Source of the DNA: Cyanobacteria bacterium P01_A01_bin.123
GTDB lineage: Bacteria > Cyanobacteriota > Cyanobacteriia > Phormidesmidales > Phormidesmidaceae
Reading direction: 5' to 3'
NCBI GenBank assembly: GCA_039815185.1
Contig: JBCBZT010000033.1
Span: 27,838-91,837 of the forward strand
Length of the DNA: 64,000 nucleotides
Both the position numbers and the translations under genes were made by a program. Below, in pieces: positions 46,142-57,059 of this stretch (position 1 is its first letter; the number at the start of each line of letters is the position of its first letter). The notes beneath the pieces are model-generated. The model was not told the DNA's origin. It saw nothing but the letters and a program-made list of their open reading frames with translations, and made no database searches.

Positions 46142-47917
46142 ATGCATTCAATCTACAGACTACTAGGTTGGGTTGGGTTGAGTCTGATATCCCTTTATGC
46201 ATGGCGACCCGCGATCGCTCGGCAATCCCCTGACCCTCCTCCCGATCCAGTTGAGGAAACCTTACCTAGCCCAGAAGATCCACTCCCCACGCCAGAACCG
46301 CCACCCCCAGAACCGCCACAAATCTTCATTCCAGATGATGCAACGCCCCCGGTAGACTCTGAACCTGCAGATCCGGTACTCGAAAGTACTAACTTTACGG
46401 TTGAACGCATTCATGTACTCGGCAGCACAGTGCTCCAAAATGAAATTACTGACCTGGCAAACAATTTTTTAACAGAAGCCACACCACTAATAGAACAACC
46501 CAATGCTCCTATCCAGAGATATGAAGTAACGCTGGCGGAATTGTTAGATTTGCGATCGCAGATTACAGCCCTTTACATTGAAAAGGGGTACATTACCTCT
46601 GGCGCTTTTTTACCCAATAACCAAGACTTAAGTAGCGGTGTTGTCTACATTCAAGTAGTAGAAGGGACGTTAGAAACGATTCAAATCAATGGATTGAATC
46701 ACCTGAGAGAATACTATGTGCGCGATCGCATTAATATTGCTATCTCAGCTCCCTTGAATGTGAGGCAACTGGAAGAAGGGTTACGGTTATTGCAGATTGA
46801 TCCGTTGCTCGATCGGGTTAATGCTGAATTAACAGCGGGTAGCGGCCCGGGTCGAAATATCTTAGTTTTAGATTTAACAGAAGCTAATCCCTACTTTATT
46901 AACTTGGCGGTCAGCAACAATCGATCGACGAGCATTGGCTCCAGTCAAATTTCACCCACCATTGCTAATCAAAATGTATTAGGCTTGGGCGATCGCTTGA
47001 GTGTCCGGTATGACTATACTGAGGGCCTGGATCTTTATTCCTTGGGCTATTCGGTGCCAGTCAACGCGTTAGATGGTACCCTCTCAGCCCAATTTGAGCG
47101 GGGTGAAAGCCGCATTGTTGATCCTCGCTTCCTAGACGCAGGTATTCGCAGCGAAACGCAAACGCTATCGTTTAATTTTCGGCAACCCCTAACGCGCTCG
47201 CTATCTTCTGAAGTGGCCCTGGGGTTGGGTTTTGACTTACGGGAAAGTCGCAGCTTTATTTTGGAGAATATTCCGTTCTCCTTTTCCCTTGGCCCAGAAG
47301 ATGGGGTGTCTCGGGTTAGTGCCATCCGATTTTCCCAGGAGTGGCTCAACCGGGATATTGATACGGTGCTGGCGGCGCGATCGCAATTTAGCCTTGGCAT
47401 TGATGCCTTTGGGGCCACCGTTAATGACACGGGAACCGATGGTCGGTTTTTCTCTTGGATTGGCCAGTTCCAGTGGGTACAGCAATTTGCCCCAGGTACG
47501 CTACTGCTGGCGCGGGTTAATACGCAACTGACGCCTGATTCTTTATTGCCCTTAGAGCGGTTTAGTTTGGGTGGGGTTTCAACGGTTAGGGGATATGCTC
47601 AAAATGAACTGGTAACCGATAATGCAGTAACCAGTTCTATTGAGGTGCGGTTTCCCATATCAGGCGACCCAAATACTTTACAACTTGCCCCCTTTATCGA
47701 TTTTGGGACGGGTTGGAATAACCGCACACCCAATCCAGAGGTTTCGACACTGTTAGGGATTGGGACGGGGTTGCAATGGCGACCAGCTTCGGGGGTTAAT
47801 TTGCGTTTGGATTATGGTATCCCCCTGATTTCCACATCTTCAAATGGAACGTCCTTACAGGAAAATGGCTTTTATTTCTCTATCAATTTGCAACCCTTAG
47901 AACCTTTTGAGCGATAA
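46142..47917 (+). CDS. ShlB/FhaC/HecB family TpsB outer-membrane transporter
   Basis: Signal peptide from MHSIYR; POTRA (ITALYIEKGYITSGA, VVEG); LGGVSTVRGY L6 motif; C-terminal barrel strands. Confidence 0.94.
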   Translation: MHSIYRLLGWVGLSLISLYAWRPAIARQSPDPPPDPVEETLPSPEDPLPTPEPPPPEPPQIFIPDDATPPVDSEPADPVLESTNFTVERIHVLGSTVLQNEITDLANNFLTEATPLIEQPNAPIQRYEVTLAELLDLRSQITALYIEKGYITSGAFLPNNQDLSSGVVYIQVVEGTLETIQINGLNHLREYYVRDRINIAISAPLNVRQLEEGLRLLQIDPLLDRVNAELTAGSGPGRNILVLDLTEANPYFINLAVSNNRSTSIGSSQISPTIANQNVLGLGDRLSVRYDYTEGLDLYSLGYSVPVNALDGTLSAQFERGESRIVDPRFLDAGIRSETQTLSFNFRQPLTRSLSSEVALGLGFDLRESRSFILENIPFSFSLGPEDGVSRVSAIRFSQEWLNRDIDTVLAARSQFSLGIDAFGATVNDTGTDGRFFSWIGQFQWVQQFAPGTLLLARVNTQLTPDSLLPLERFSLGGVSTVRGYAQNELVTDNAVTSSIEVRFPISGDPNTLQLAPFIDFGTGWNNRTPNPEVSTLLGIGTGLQWRPASGVNLRLDYGIPLISTSSNGTSLQENGFYFSINLQPLEPFER

Positions 47918-48086
47918 GCGTGATTGTGAAGTTTACAGTTTTCTGCAGTTTCATCTGAAGATTAGCGCATTTATTTTGGCCATGATTCCTCTAGCTACGA
48001 CGCTCCATCCCAGATATAGTGACATCAACTTGCCGTAGCAGTCCCTACGACTCAGGCAACAAAACGATCCGCTCAGGGTAACTTGC

Positions 48087-50009
48087 ATGGGAAGGAAATC
48101 CTACGTTAACGCGGCTTGGCAACGGCTACAGAACCCTTTCAGCAATTGGCGGGTTAGCATTTTGCCCGGACTGACCTTAACGGGTTTAGTGATTGGGGTG
48201 CGTCTTTTGGGACTATTCCAATCCGTTGAATTGAAGACCTTGGATCTGTTTCTAAGATTGCGTCCTGCTGAGCCCACTGATGAGCGAGTGCTGATTGTGG
48301 CTATCAATGAAGCTGACATCCAAAACATCGGTACCTATCCGATCCCGGATGAGACTTTGGCAGCCCTTTTGAAGCAGCTTGATCAGTACCAGCCGCGGGC
48401 GGTTGGCATTGATATCTTTCGGGATTTGCCAGTAGAGCCAGGACATCAAATTTTTGTAGAGACATTGGCAGCTTTGCCCTACGTTTTTGGCGTTGAGTTC
48501 TTAGAAACTGAAATCGCACCTCCGCCTTCTCTTCCTGATGAACGGGTTGGATTTGTTGATTTCTTATTAGACCAGGATGGACTAGTTCGTCGGAGTCTTC
48601 TCGGTCGTCCTGATGCTTCTGGTGAGTATCGATTTTCTCTAACCATTCGTGTAGTAGAGGAATATTTAAGGCATGAGCAAATTTCTCTAGACAATGGGAT
48701 TCGGGATCCCAGTGCGATGCGGTTTGGAGAAACAGAGTTAACCCCTTTCTCCTCAAACACGGGAGGCTATGTCAGAACTGATGCTAACGCCCAGCAAATC
48801 TTACTGAATTTTCGGAGTGGGTCGGAACCGTTTCGAGTTGTTTCCCTCAAAGAGGTCTTGAAAGGAACTGTTGAACCCAGTTGGATTCAAAATAGCGTTA
48901 TTTTAATTGGTATTACTTCTCTGTCTCAGAAGGACATTGTAGGTTCCGCAGCGCTAGCGGGTAGAAATCCTGGTCAAGTTTATGGTGTTGAGATGCAAGC
49001 CCATGCAGTGAGCCAGATTCTCAGCGCAGTTATGGAGGATCGCTCGCTCCTAAGAGCATTACCTGATGCAGGTGAATACCTTTGGATTTTGGTGTGTGGG
49101 GCAGCAGGTATATTTTTAGTCGGGTTTGTGTCTACACCCTCCCGGCATTTATTTTTGATTTTGGGGTCAGGCTTGGGCCTGGTGGCAATTGTTTATGCTG
49201 TTCTAATGGGCGGTTGGTGGATTCCAGTTGTGCCGCCTTTGGTAGCCTTTTTGCTGAATGGGCTGGTATTGCCAGGATTTTTGCTGTACGACCAAATCCT
49301 GCGATCGCGCATCGAAGAAGGACAAAGAGTCATCCGGTATACCTATGATGCAATGCATAATGGCCCTTTGCAGACGCTGGCTCTGGTTCTGCGAGACGTT
49401 GACGACAATAATCAAGATGTTAGTGGTACTCAGGTCGCTCCTCGGTTGCATAAGCTTAATCAAGAGATTCGTTCCCTATACGACACCCTAGAGCAAGAGC
49501 TTGAACCTCAAAACAATCAGCTGCATTTAGATAGTGGCGGGCCAATTTTAGAATTAGAAATTCCCCTCCACGAATTGCTTTATCAGGTCTATGCCCAAAC
49601 CCTAGAACGCGATTTTCCAAACTTTCAATCGATTCGAGTTCAAATCGTCAAGTTTGAACCGATGCAAGCAGATGATTTAAGTATGGATGAAAAGCGATAT
49701 CTCTGCCGATTCTTGGAAGAGGTTCTCTGTAATGTGGGTCGATATGCTGACGGTGTAACACGGCTGAAAGTTACATGCTTGTCAACAGAATACGAAAATT
49801 TAATTATGGTTGAAGATAATGGGAAATGTTCTCAAAATCAGTATGGATTTAACGTTGACAAGCCAGAGGGCGGGAGAGGCACTCGGCAAGCGAAGCAACT
49901 TGCTAAGTATCTAAAAGGCCAGTTCAGGCGATTTACTGTGTCTCCCCATGGCACTTGTTGCGAATTACGATGGCCTATTTACCAGCCACGCCATTGGTGG
50001 TTATGGTGA
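48087..50009 (+). CDS. CHASE2 sensor with HisKA_3-like histidine kinase
   Basis: IVAINEADI, PRAVGIDIFRD, GVEMQAHAVSQIL, three TM helices, H-box YDAMHNGPLQ, VEDNG, GGRG. Confidence 0.9.
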   Translation: MGRKSYVNAAWQRLQNPFSNWRVSILPGLTLTGLVIGVRLLGLFQSVELKTLDLFLRLRPAEPTDERVLIVAINEADIQNIGTYPIPDETLAALLKQLDQYQPRAVGIDIFRDLPVEPGHQIFVETLAALPYVFGVEFLETEIAPPPSLPDERVGFVDFLLDQDGLVRRSLLGRPDASGEYRFSLTIRVVEEYLRHEQISLDNGIRDPSAMRFGETELTPFSSNTGGYVRTDANAQQILLNFRSGSEPFRVVSLKEVLKGTVEPSWIQNSVILIGITSLSQKDIVGSAALAGRNPGQVYGVEMQAHAVSQILSAVMEDRSLLRALPDAGEYLWILVCGAAGIFLVGFVSTPSRHLFLILGSGLGLVAIVYAVLMGGWWIPVVPPLVAFLLNGLVLPGFLLYDQILRSRIEEGQRVIRYTYDAMHNGPLQTLALVLRDVDDNNQDVSGTQVAPRLHKLNQEIRSLYDTLEQELEPQNNQLHLDSGGPILELEIPLHELLYQVYAQTLERDFPNFQSIRVQIVKFEPMQADDLSMDEKRYLCRFLEEVLCNVGRYADGVTRLKVTCLSTEYENLIMVEDNGKCSQNQYGFNVDKPEGGRGTRQAKQLAKYLKGQFRRFTVSPHGTCCELRWPIYQPRHWWLW

Positions 50010-50061
50010 TTTTGCTCACCAGTTTGCAAGTTTTACTATAAGCTTTAAAGGAGCTAGGAAT

Positions 50062-50775
50062 ATGATACTAACTAAATTGAAAATGTTGCAGACCCGGTGT
50101 GCAACCTCAATCGGCACAAGCATTATTTTGATAGGTATTACAACTCCAGGTCTTGCATACACCCCCCCGAACGATGTTGAACCACCTCGTGGACCGGCAA
50201 TTCCGGGTGGGCGACGCGGTGGATGTGACGATCTAACAGAAATTGACTTGATGGCGTTGGCTCCCCAGCAGCAGGCTGGCCAAACGATTTCTACTCGCCC
50301 CACGTTGACCTGGTTTGTGCCAGATGAAACGGCTTATCCCCTGCGGCTCCAAATCTACAAGCACAATGGCAGCAGCTGGGAAGATGTGGTTGAAGATTTA
50401 GACATCGGCCCTAGTCAGCAAGGATTCATGAGCTATACGCTGCCTGCAAACCTTGAATTAGAAGTGGGAGGCTGGTATCGCTGGCATGTGGTGTTGATTT
50501 GCAATCCCGATCGCCGATCTAGCGATCAGGTTACAGGAGCTGAATTTGAGGTAGTAAGGCAACCTGCGGGGTTAGGGGCTGTGCAGGGCGATCGCGTTCA
50601 GCAAGCCAGTCAATATGCAGCAGCAGGATTGTGGTACAACGCCATGGCAATCCTCTCGAATGCGTCTCTCACAGTGGCAGAACAAAGCTATCGCCGTGAG
50701 CTATTAACTGAACTAGCAGAGTTTGAAGGGCCTGGGGTGAGTGAGCAACTAAGGTTGATCGCTGAATTTGAGTGA
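50062..50775 (+). CDS. DUF928 domain protein (exported)
   Basis: Start MILTKL after AAGGAG; signal peptide; GGRRGGC, TISTRPTLTWFVP, YAAAGLWYNA. Confidence 0.9.
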   Translation: MILTKLKMLQTRCATSIGTSIILIGITTPGLAYTPPNDVEPPRGPAIPGGRRGGCDDLTEIDLMALAPQQQAGQTISTRPTLTWFVPDETAYPLRLQIYKHNGSSWEDVVEDLDIGPSQQGFMSYTLPANLELEVGGWYRWHVVLICNPDRRSSDQVTGAEFEVVRQPAGLGAVQGDRVQQASQYAAAGLWYNAMAILSNASLTVAEQSYRRELLTELAEFEGPGVSEQLRLIAEFE

Positions 50776-50776
50776 G

Positions 50777-53700
50777 CTATTCACACGTCCGACTTAACAC
50801 AATTCGACCATCGGCCACAGTATAGGCCCCATCTGGTTCTACGATGGGGTCGCCGATTTGCCAGGTGGGAGGCTGAGCCGTCTCAGTCGGGATTGTCTGC
50901 ACTGTCGTGGCTGGAAAGTTAGAGGCCGCAGCATCGTCAGGGCGCAGGGGCAAGCCGTCTGTGCCCGTCACGACAAATGCACCTTCGGTAGTGTTACTAC
51001 GAGCAATGCAGCTTGTGGAGATTAGGTCTTCAGGATTGATAAACCCGTCTTCGAGAGTATCTAATCCTTGGCTAGGGTCGGCGATAAGTGAATTCAGATT
51101 GACAGTGCCTGAACGTCCAAACTGAGAATCAGCGCTCAAATCGCTGGAGCTATTTGCTCTCAACTGAGCAGTCGATAAACCATTTTGTTCGGTGAGGCCA
51201 TAGATACCAATAGCATCAATATCAATTCGCCCACCATCGCCACTGACTGCATTAACAATAATGTCGCTATTTTCATTGGGGATGGTGATGACAAAATTGG
51301 TGTCAATGTCAATGTTGCCACCTCCAGCACTGAACGCAGCATCTGACACGATGGCGCTATTATTACGCAAGATCAAGCCACCCACGTTTTGAACAAAAAT
51401 GTTGCCTGCTGCGCCACCAGTACCTAATGTGTTGGTGCGCAGTGTAGAGTTGTTTAGAGTAACTAGGCGTGTATTAGCAATCGTAATATTACCGCCATCG
51501 GCACTGCCATTGGCATCACTGACAATCTCAACATTGTCCAGGGTTAATTCGCCTGGACTACTGAGAAATGCATTACCCGATTGCCCAAGTCCTGTTAAGT
51601 CAATATCAATAGTTCTATTCGGATCCAAGAAATTGTTTGGATCGGGGTCAGGAATAGTGATTTGACCACTAGCAATCAAACGAGTATTTTCAACAACTAA
51701 GCTATCGTCTCCATAAATTTGTACTGAGCCAGAGGGACCTCCCTCTGAAAGGGTAAATATGTCTAGTCCCGAAATTATGTCTCTAGCACGTAGAACAACG
51801 TTTCCACCTGCACCTGATTCTCCTAGACTGACGGCGAACAAGCGAGACGTAGTATTTTGGATAATCGGGGCATTTAAGGATATATCACCAGCTACACCAG
51901 CATTTCCCAGAGCAGATATAGAAGATGAATTTAGATCCGAACTTATAAGAGATATATTACCAGCATCGGAATTAAAAGATATGTCACCACCTGCACCAGA
52001 ATCAATGGGATCAAAACGTGCAGAAGATGTTGAATCGAAATCCGAGCCTACGAAATTTAAAGCGCCTCTATTCGTAGAAAAAAGTATATCACCGGCTGCT
52101 CGTGCATCTACAGATCCACGACTTGACGAGTTAGATCGAAAACTAGCAAGGAAAGTATTAACATTACCCTCATTAGTAGAAAATGAAATATCGCCACCTG
52201 CCCATTCATTAACAAAGTTAATCGAAAAAGAACCTGTATCTGGATCTGTCCTTGAATCGACACCAGAGGAAAAAGAAGAGTTTCTAATAGAAATATCCCC
52301 TGAATTGGTCACAAATGAGATACTTCCTGGGTTAGGGGCAACTCGAGAGATGCCAAAAAAATTAGTTGAGATATTTCCAGTATTTGTGCTTAAAAATACA
52401 CTTCCCGAACCAATCCTTATATCACTTTCAAATCTTACTGTTCTAGAAGAGGATGTGGATATAGTGTACGGGAGAGGTGAGTAAGTGATATCTCCTGACT
52501 GAGAGCTCATGAAAATGTCTCCCCCTACAGCCCCAAGTTGATGATCCCCTTCAGTAATTAATTCTTGGATTCCAACAATAACATCCCCACGCCCATGAAC
52601 TCGGATATCTCCACCGTTGCCATTGATAGAAGGAACAGTACTAATGACAGAATATACATCCGTCATTCCATTAATGGAAATCGTTCCCGATGATGTGTTT
52701 GGCATAAATTGGTTAGTCAGCAACACTAACCCTGATGCTTGAGTAATCCTGATATCTCCATTGACTGTGATATCTGCACCGCCCGAGTTAGAAGTTGTCG
52801 TTAGCTGAGCAGGTGGTGTCAACAACGGGTTATTTACAAGGCTAGGAGAAGGTAACAAAACAGTGTTGATATGCGAGGATGTCCCACTCGTATTCGGCAC
52901 CAACCCACCCAGGCTGCTCCAGTCTATACCAGCCCGCACATCTAAGGTTGCTTGGCTGCTGCCATCAATAATAATCGGCACACTTATGGGTTCTACAGTA
53001 CGGACAGTACCATCGGCGTTGTAGGTAGCTCTATACTCCGTCAGTTCAAAACTTGCTAAATCTGATATGGGATTTACACTGTTGTATCGGGTGTTATTGC
53101 TAGGGTTTATAGTGGTTTCAACTGGGCCCGTGCTGTTAATTGTGATACTACCCAAGGTCACACTTCCCCCCGCCAGGATGTGCAACGATGCACCCGTGTA
53201 GTTACTAAAACTCACGTCTCCACCCGCCAAGATGATGGGATCTGTTGGGCTCAGCATGGCTTGCAGATCTCCACTGAGTTGTTCAATCCTCCAATTACCA
53301 TTGGCATAGAAATGCGCATCTCCAATAATCGATGCATCTGATCGCAGCACCAAATCCCTGCCTGAAAACAAGCCGCTTTCTGGATGGTTTAACGCAAAAA
53401 TATCCACCAATTGGTTGCCCTGAACGGTCAGGTTGCCGCCTGCCTCGGCCACAAATGCCTCTGTGGCCGTATCCCGCACGGTCACGGTATCCGTTGCCAA
53501 CAGGGTCAAATCTTGCCCTGCGAGCAACTGCCCTTGCAGTTGCAAATTCTGTGCCGCTAACGCTAAGTTTCCACCAGTTACTAGCCGTGCCTCACTGGTG
53601 ATGTCGCCCGATGAACCCGTCAAATAATTTTCAAACATCGCATCAGGCCGTACAGTCAGCAAACTACTGTTCTGGGACTCCACCGCACTAAACACCCCAT

Positions 53701-54163
53701 CTCCCAACGGAATCGCTTCTGCCGTTGTGGCATAGAATGACCCGTTAACATCCAGCGAGGCATGCTCGCCAAACACAATGCCATTGGGATTTGCCAAAAA
53801 CAGATCTGCATCACCCAACACCCCCAAACGTCCCAAAATCTCAGACGGATTCCCCCCCGTCACCCGAGACAAAATCGTGTCAATGCCAGTCGGGTTCGCA
53901 AAATAGACTTGCTGATCTTCCCCAACATTGAACTCTAAAAAACTATGGAACAAATTTGCACCCCGCGTTGCTCCCCCCTCAATCTGTTGCGTCACCGTAT
54001 CAATATCGGTGACTACCGAACCCTCTGCACTCAACGTGTCATCTGGCACCACCAGACTGTCTGCAACAGCCGGGTAAGCAGTTGACAAGATAGATAGACT
54101 GGCAACAACTTGCCCTAAACGTGAAACCCACAAGATAGGCTGGTGATGGGTGTGGCTTAGCAT
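50777..54163 (-). CDS. Filamentous haemagglutinin-family TpsA exoprotein 2
   Basis: GANLFHSFLEFNV, YFANP, LANPNGIVFG; C-terminal SCIAR...DGRIVLSRTCE tail paralogous to TpsA1. Confidence 0.93.
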   Translation of the reverse strand: MLSHTHHQPILWVSRLGQVVASLSILSTAYPAVADSLVVPDDTLSAEGSVVTDIDTVTQQIEGGATRGANLFHSFLEFNVGEDQQVYFANPTGIDTILSRVTGGNPSEILGRLGVLGDADLFLANPNGIVFGEHASLDVNGSFYATTAEAIPLGDGVFSAVESQNSSLLTVRPDAMFENYLTGSSGDITSEARLVTGGNLALAAQNLQLQGQLLAGQDLTLLATDTVTVRDTATEAFVAEAGGNLTVQGNQLVDIFALNHPESGLFSGRDLVLRSDASIIGDAHFYANGNWRIEQLSGDLQAMLSPTDPIILAGGDVSFSNYTGASLHILAGGSVTLGSITINSTGPVETTINPSNNTRYNSVNPISDLASFELTEYRATYNADGTVRTVEPISVPIIIDGSSQATLDVRAGIDWSSLGGLVPNTSGTSSHINTVLLPSPSLVNNPLLTPPAQLTTTSNSGGADITVNGDIRITQASGLVLLTNQFMPNTSSGTISINGMTDVYSVISTVPSINGNGGDIRVHGRGDVIVGIQELITEGDHQLGAVGGDIFMSSQSGDITYSPLPYTISTSSSRTVRFESDIRIGSGSVFLSTNTGNISTNFFGISRVAPNPGSISFVTNSGDISIRNSSFSSGVDSRTDPDTGSFSINFVNEWAGGDISFSTNEGNVNTFLASFRSNSSSRGSVDARAAGDILFSTNRGALNFVGSDFDSTSSARFDPIDSGAGGDISFNSDAGNISLISSDLNSSSISALGNAGVAGDISLNAPIIQNTTSRLFAVSLGESGAGGNVVLRARDIISGLDIFTLSEGGPSGSVQIYGDDSLVVENTRLIASGQITIPDPDPNNFLDPNRTIDIDLTGLGQSGNAFLSSPGELTLDNVEIVSDANGSADGGNITIANTRLVTLNNSTLRTNTLGTGGAAGNIFVQNVGGLILRNNSAIVSDAAFSAGGGNIDIDTNFVITIPNENSDIIVNAVSGDGGRIDIDAIGIYGLTEQNGLSTAQLRANSSSDLSADSQFGRSGTVNLNSLIADPSQGLDTLEDGFINPEDLISTSCIARSNTTEGAFVVTGTDGLPLRPDDAAASNFPATTVQTIPTETAQPPTWQIGDPIVEPDGAYTVADGRIVLSRTCE

Positions 54164-54278
54164 AATGTCAGATGCCTCAATATTGAGGGCTATAGGCTCA
54201 ACAAAAGTCCCAGCAGTAATAGCCCAAAATTACCACTGGGTTCATAAGGCAGTTGGTTTGGTTTAAAAAACGCAGACA

Positions 54279-56459
54279 TCATTCAGGCACATACCGCACC
54301 TCCAAGCTATAGCGTCCGCGATCATAAACGCTATAAGCAGTTGCCTGAATCCGATACGTTCCCGTTTGATTTAGCGGGATATTAATGGCAGAGTCGTAGT
54401 TGCCATCGGGCCGATCGTCATTGGTTGCAACCAGATCACCATTCGGCCCAAATAGGTATAGGTAGGGGTCAAAATCTTCACTTGCCATCATGATACTGAT
54501 GGTTTTCCCGGCCTGCCCCTCAAATGTGTGTTCGTGATAGCGTGTTCCGCTGCGTGCCAGCACAGGCGAATTACGTCCTAGCGTATCTTCTACATCAACC
54601 AGAGGGCGGCGTAAATTATCCCGCTCGATGCGAATACTATCTAAGGTATTGTTGGCTTTGCTAATAATAGGAGATGCTGCTGCCTGAAAATAGGGTGTGG
54701 TAACTTGTCTTGCATGATTGATGGCTGCTTGCCACTGCCCTCTATCCAAGGCCGCTTGGGCTTTTTGCAATAGGTCTTGATTGCTTGCCAGTTCTGCTTT
54801 CCACTGGGGCAGTTCGCGCTGGGCAGAGGCGTAGGCTGCCGCCGTGTCGGGGATCGCGTTGACAAACGCGATCGCAGTATCGATGTCTCCATCGTTTTGA
54901 TACTTCTCTTCAGCCAGCTCTAGAATTCGATATGACCACTGACTGATTAACGTTTGCGCTTCGCTGTAGTTTGGCGCTTGCAAGGTGATCTCAGTAGCGG
55001 TGTTAATCGCGGCAACATAGCGCCCCTCTCCCGCTAATTTTAAAGCTAACTGCTGCCGACATCGACTAAGCAGTTCCATTGCCAGAGTAGATTGTTTAGT
55101 ATCAGATCCAGGAAAGTCTCCACCAGCTTCAATACAGGCTTCATAGTCTTCGTCATCCTCCAGAGTTTGAATCTGTTGCAAAACAGTCGCTTGCTCATGA
55201 CCCATTTGACAAGCTTCAGCCAATGCTTCACCTTGGGCAGTCAAATTTTGGTTCATGGTTGGCAGTGCTTTGGCTTCTGCCATGCATTCTTCATAGCGTT
55301 CGATGTCATAGAGTTCTTGGAGGTCTGCCAATGCTTGCCGATGCTCTTGAACAGATTTAGCGTGAACCAAATAGCTAATACTGCTGAGGACACTGACTAC
55401 CGCCGCGATCACCCCCACCGTGACCAAACGTTTTGTCCGGGGAGAGCCTGAATTTCCAGATGCTCCAACAGCAGTGGCAACCTCGGTAGATTTAGACGAC
55501 GCAGGAGTTATACGCTGCTGATTTGGAGGGGGTTTTGATGAGCCATGGATTGAGGGATCGTCTGCATCTAGAGGCTGGGATGGACGCGTATCCTTGGTAT
55601 CAACAGTCGATTGTTTATGATCATCGACGGCGGGCTGGGCATCTGTAATAAGGGATTGGATATCAGCCAGGGCATCAGTTGCCGTTTGGTAGCGATGTTT
55701 GAAATATTGGCGCACCATTTTGGTTAAGATACTTGCCAAGCGATCGCTCACCTCAGCCTGATCTCGCCAAATGAGTTCGCCATTATCATCCTCGCGGAGT
55801 TGTCTGGGTAACAGTCCGGTTAAAGCTTGAATTGCTACCATGCCCAAGGCATAGATATCACTGCTAAAATGCGGCTTGCCATTTGCCTGTTCAGCAGGCA
55901 TATAGCCTGGTGTACCTATTATTACAGCCACACTGGTTTGACCCGAAAGCTTAGGTTGCTTAACCTGAATTTGCTTCACTGCACCAAAGTCAATTAAGAC
56001 AAGCTTGCCATCCTGACAACGTCGAATAATATTGGCAGGCTTAATGTCTCTGTGAATTACGTTGTGATTATGAACAAACGCTAGCAATGGCAACATCTCT
56101 TGAAGGAATCGCATAGCCTGAGACTCTGACCATCTTTGGCCAATCGCGATCTCATAATCAAGATCAATCCCATCAACAAATTCTTGCACTAGATAGAATT
56201 CGGTTTCCTCCTCAAAATAGGATTGCAAACAAGGAATTTGATTATGGGATCCTAATTCTTCTAGCGCTTTAGCTTCTGCTTCAAAGAGTTGCCTATTTCT
56301 TGCCAATAAATTAAATCCATCCCTTGTAGGCTCTAATTGCTTAACCACACACTTCAAGTCATTAGCCTGTATATCTTCAGCTAGATAGGTTTGAGACATG
56401 TTGCTTGAGCCAAGTTTCTCAAGCAAGCGATAACGATTTGCCAGTAGGTCAGTAGTCAT
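54279..56459 (-). CDS. Membrane Ser/Thr protein kinase with C-terminal PPC-like domain
   Basis: CVVKQL, HRDIKPAN, IDFG, GTPGY, SDIYALG; TM helix; C-terminal FDPYLYLFGPNG...NDD...GTYRI PPC motif. Confidence 0.93.
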   Translation of the reverse strand: MTTDLLANRYRLLEKLGSSNMSQTYLAEDIQANDLKCVVKQLEPTRDGFNLLARNRQLFEAEAKALEELGSHNQIPCLQSYFEEETEFYLVQEFVDGIDLDYEIAIGQRWSESQAMRFLQEMLPLLAFVHNHNVIHRDIKPANIIRRCQDGKLVLIDFGAVKQIQVKQPKLSGQTSVAVIIGTPGYMPAEQANGKPHFSSDIYALGMVAIQALTGLLPRQLREDDNGELIWRDQAEVSDRLASILTKMVRQYFKHRYQTATDALADIQSLITDAQPAVDDHKQSTVDTKDTRPSQPLDADDPSIHGSSKPPPNQQRITPASSKSTEVATAVGASGNSGSPRTKRLVTVGVIAAVVSVLSSISYLVHAKSVQEHRQALADLQELYDIERYEECMAEAKALPTMNQNLTAQGEALAEACQMGHEQATVLQQIQTLEDDEDYEACIEAGGDFPGSDTKQSTLAMELLSRCRQQLALKLAGEGRYVAAINTATEITLQAPNYSEAQTLISQWSYRILELAEEKYQNDGDIDTAIAFVNAIPDTAAAYASAQRELPQWKAELASNQDLLQKAQAALDRGQWQAAINHARQVTTPYFQAAASPIISKANNTLDSIRIERDNLRRPLVDVEDTLGRNSPVLARSGTRYHEHTFEGQAGKTISIMMASEDFDPYLYLFGPNGDLVATNDDRPDGNYDSAINIPLNQTGTYRIQATAYSVYDRGRYSLEVRYVPE

Positions 56460-57059
56460 AGGTATGCCCTCTCAAAAGTTAAAGCAATTTATTGTCGTTA
56501 TGAATCACTAAAATGTGTCCAAGAATACTTTAAAAAGATGACAATATTGGTTGATCACTTTAATGATTTATAGCCACCAATTTCTCATGATTCGGAAGGA
56601 ATTTAATTCTGAATAGAAACTCACTATAATCCGCAAAGCTGTCAAGATTCAACATGCTCAGAAATATCTCGACTAGAACCCAAAGCGCTATTTTAGAAAA
56701 AATATTCCTCCAGCATATGTTCATGTTTCTGAACCCCTAACTGCAGATTAAGTTATTCTCATTCAGCTTGGCATGAAATTTAATATAATCCTTAAAAAGC
56801 TGTCTTTCACCTTCAATTAATGCCATCTTTATTGCCGCAAAAACCAATCTGTTAGCAGAATTAAGAAGCTGGTATTGCATAAACCTGCAATCCCCCTTCA
56901 GCTGAATTGAGTAAAACGATATTAAGAAGTCTTTTAAGGTGGTATCAAAAGGCTTCGGAAAGTGGTTTATTGGCCAGCCTGTCAATAGGCTTGCACTTTT
57001 CTGCAACCTGACAGACATAAAGCTGCCAGGGACCTGTCTATAACCAACCAGCTTGACTG

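Noticed and set aside
56737..57018. 93-aa minus-strand ORF in the divergent intergenic region
   Set aside because: AT-rich promoter-like DNA, no motif or RBS
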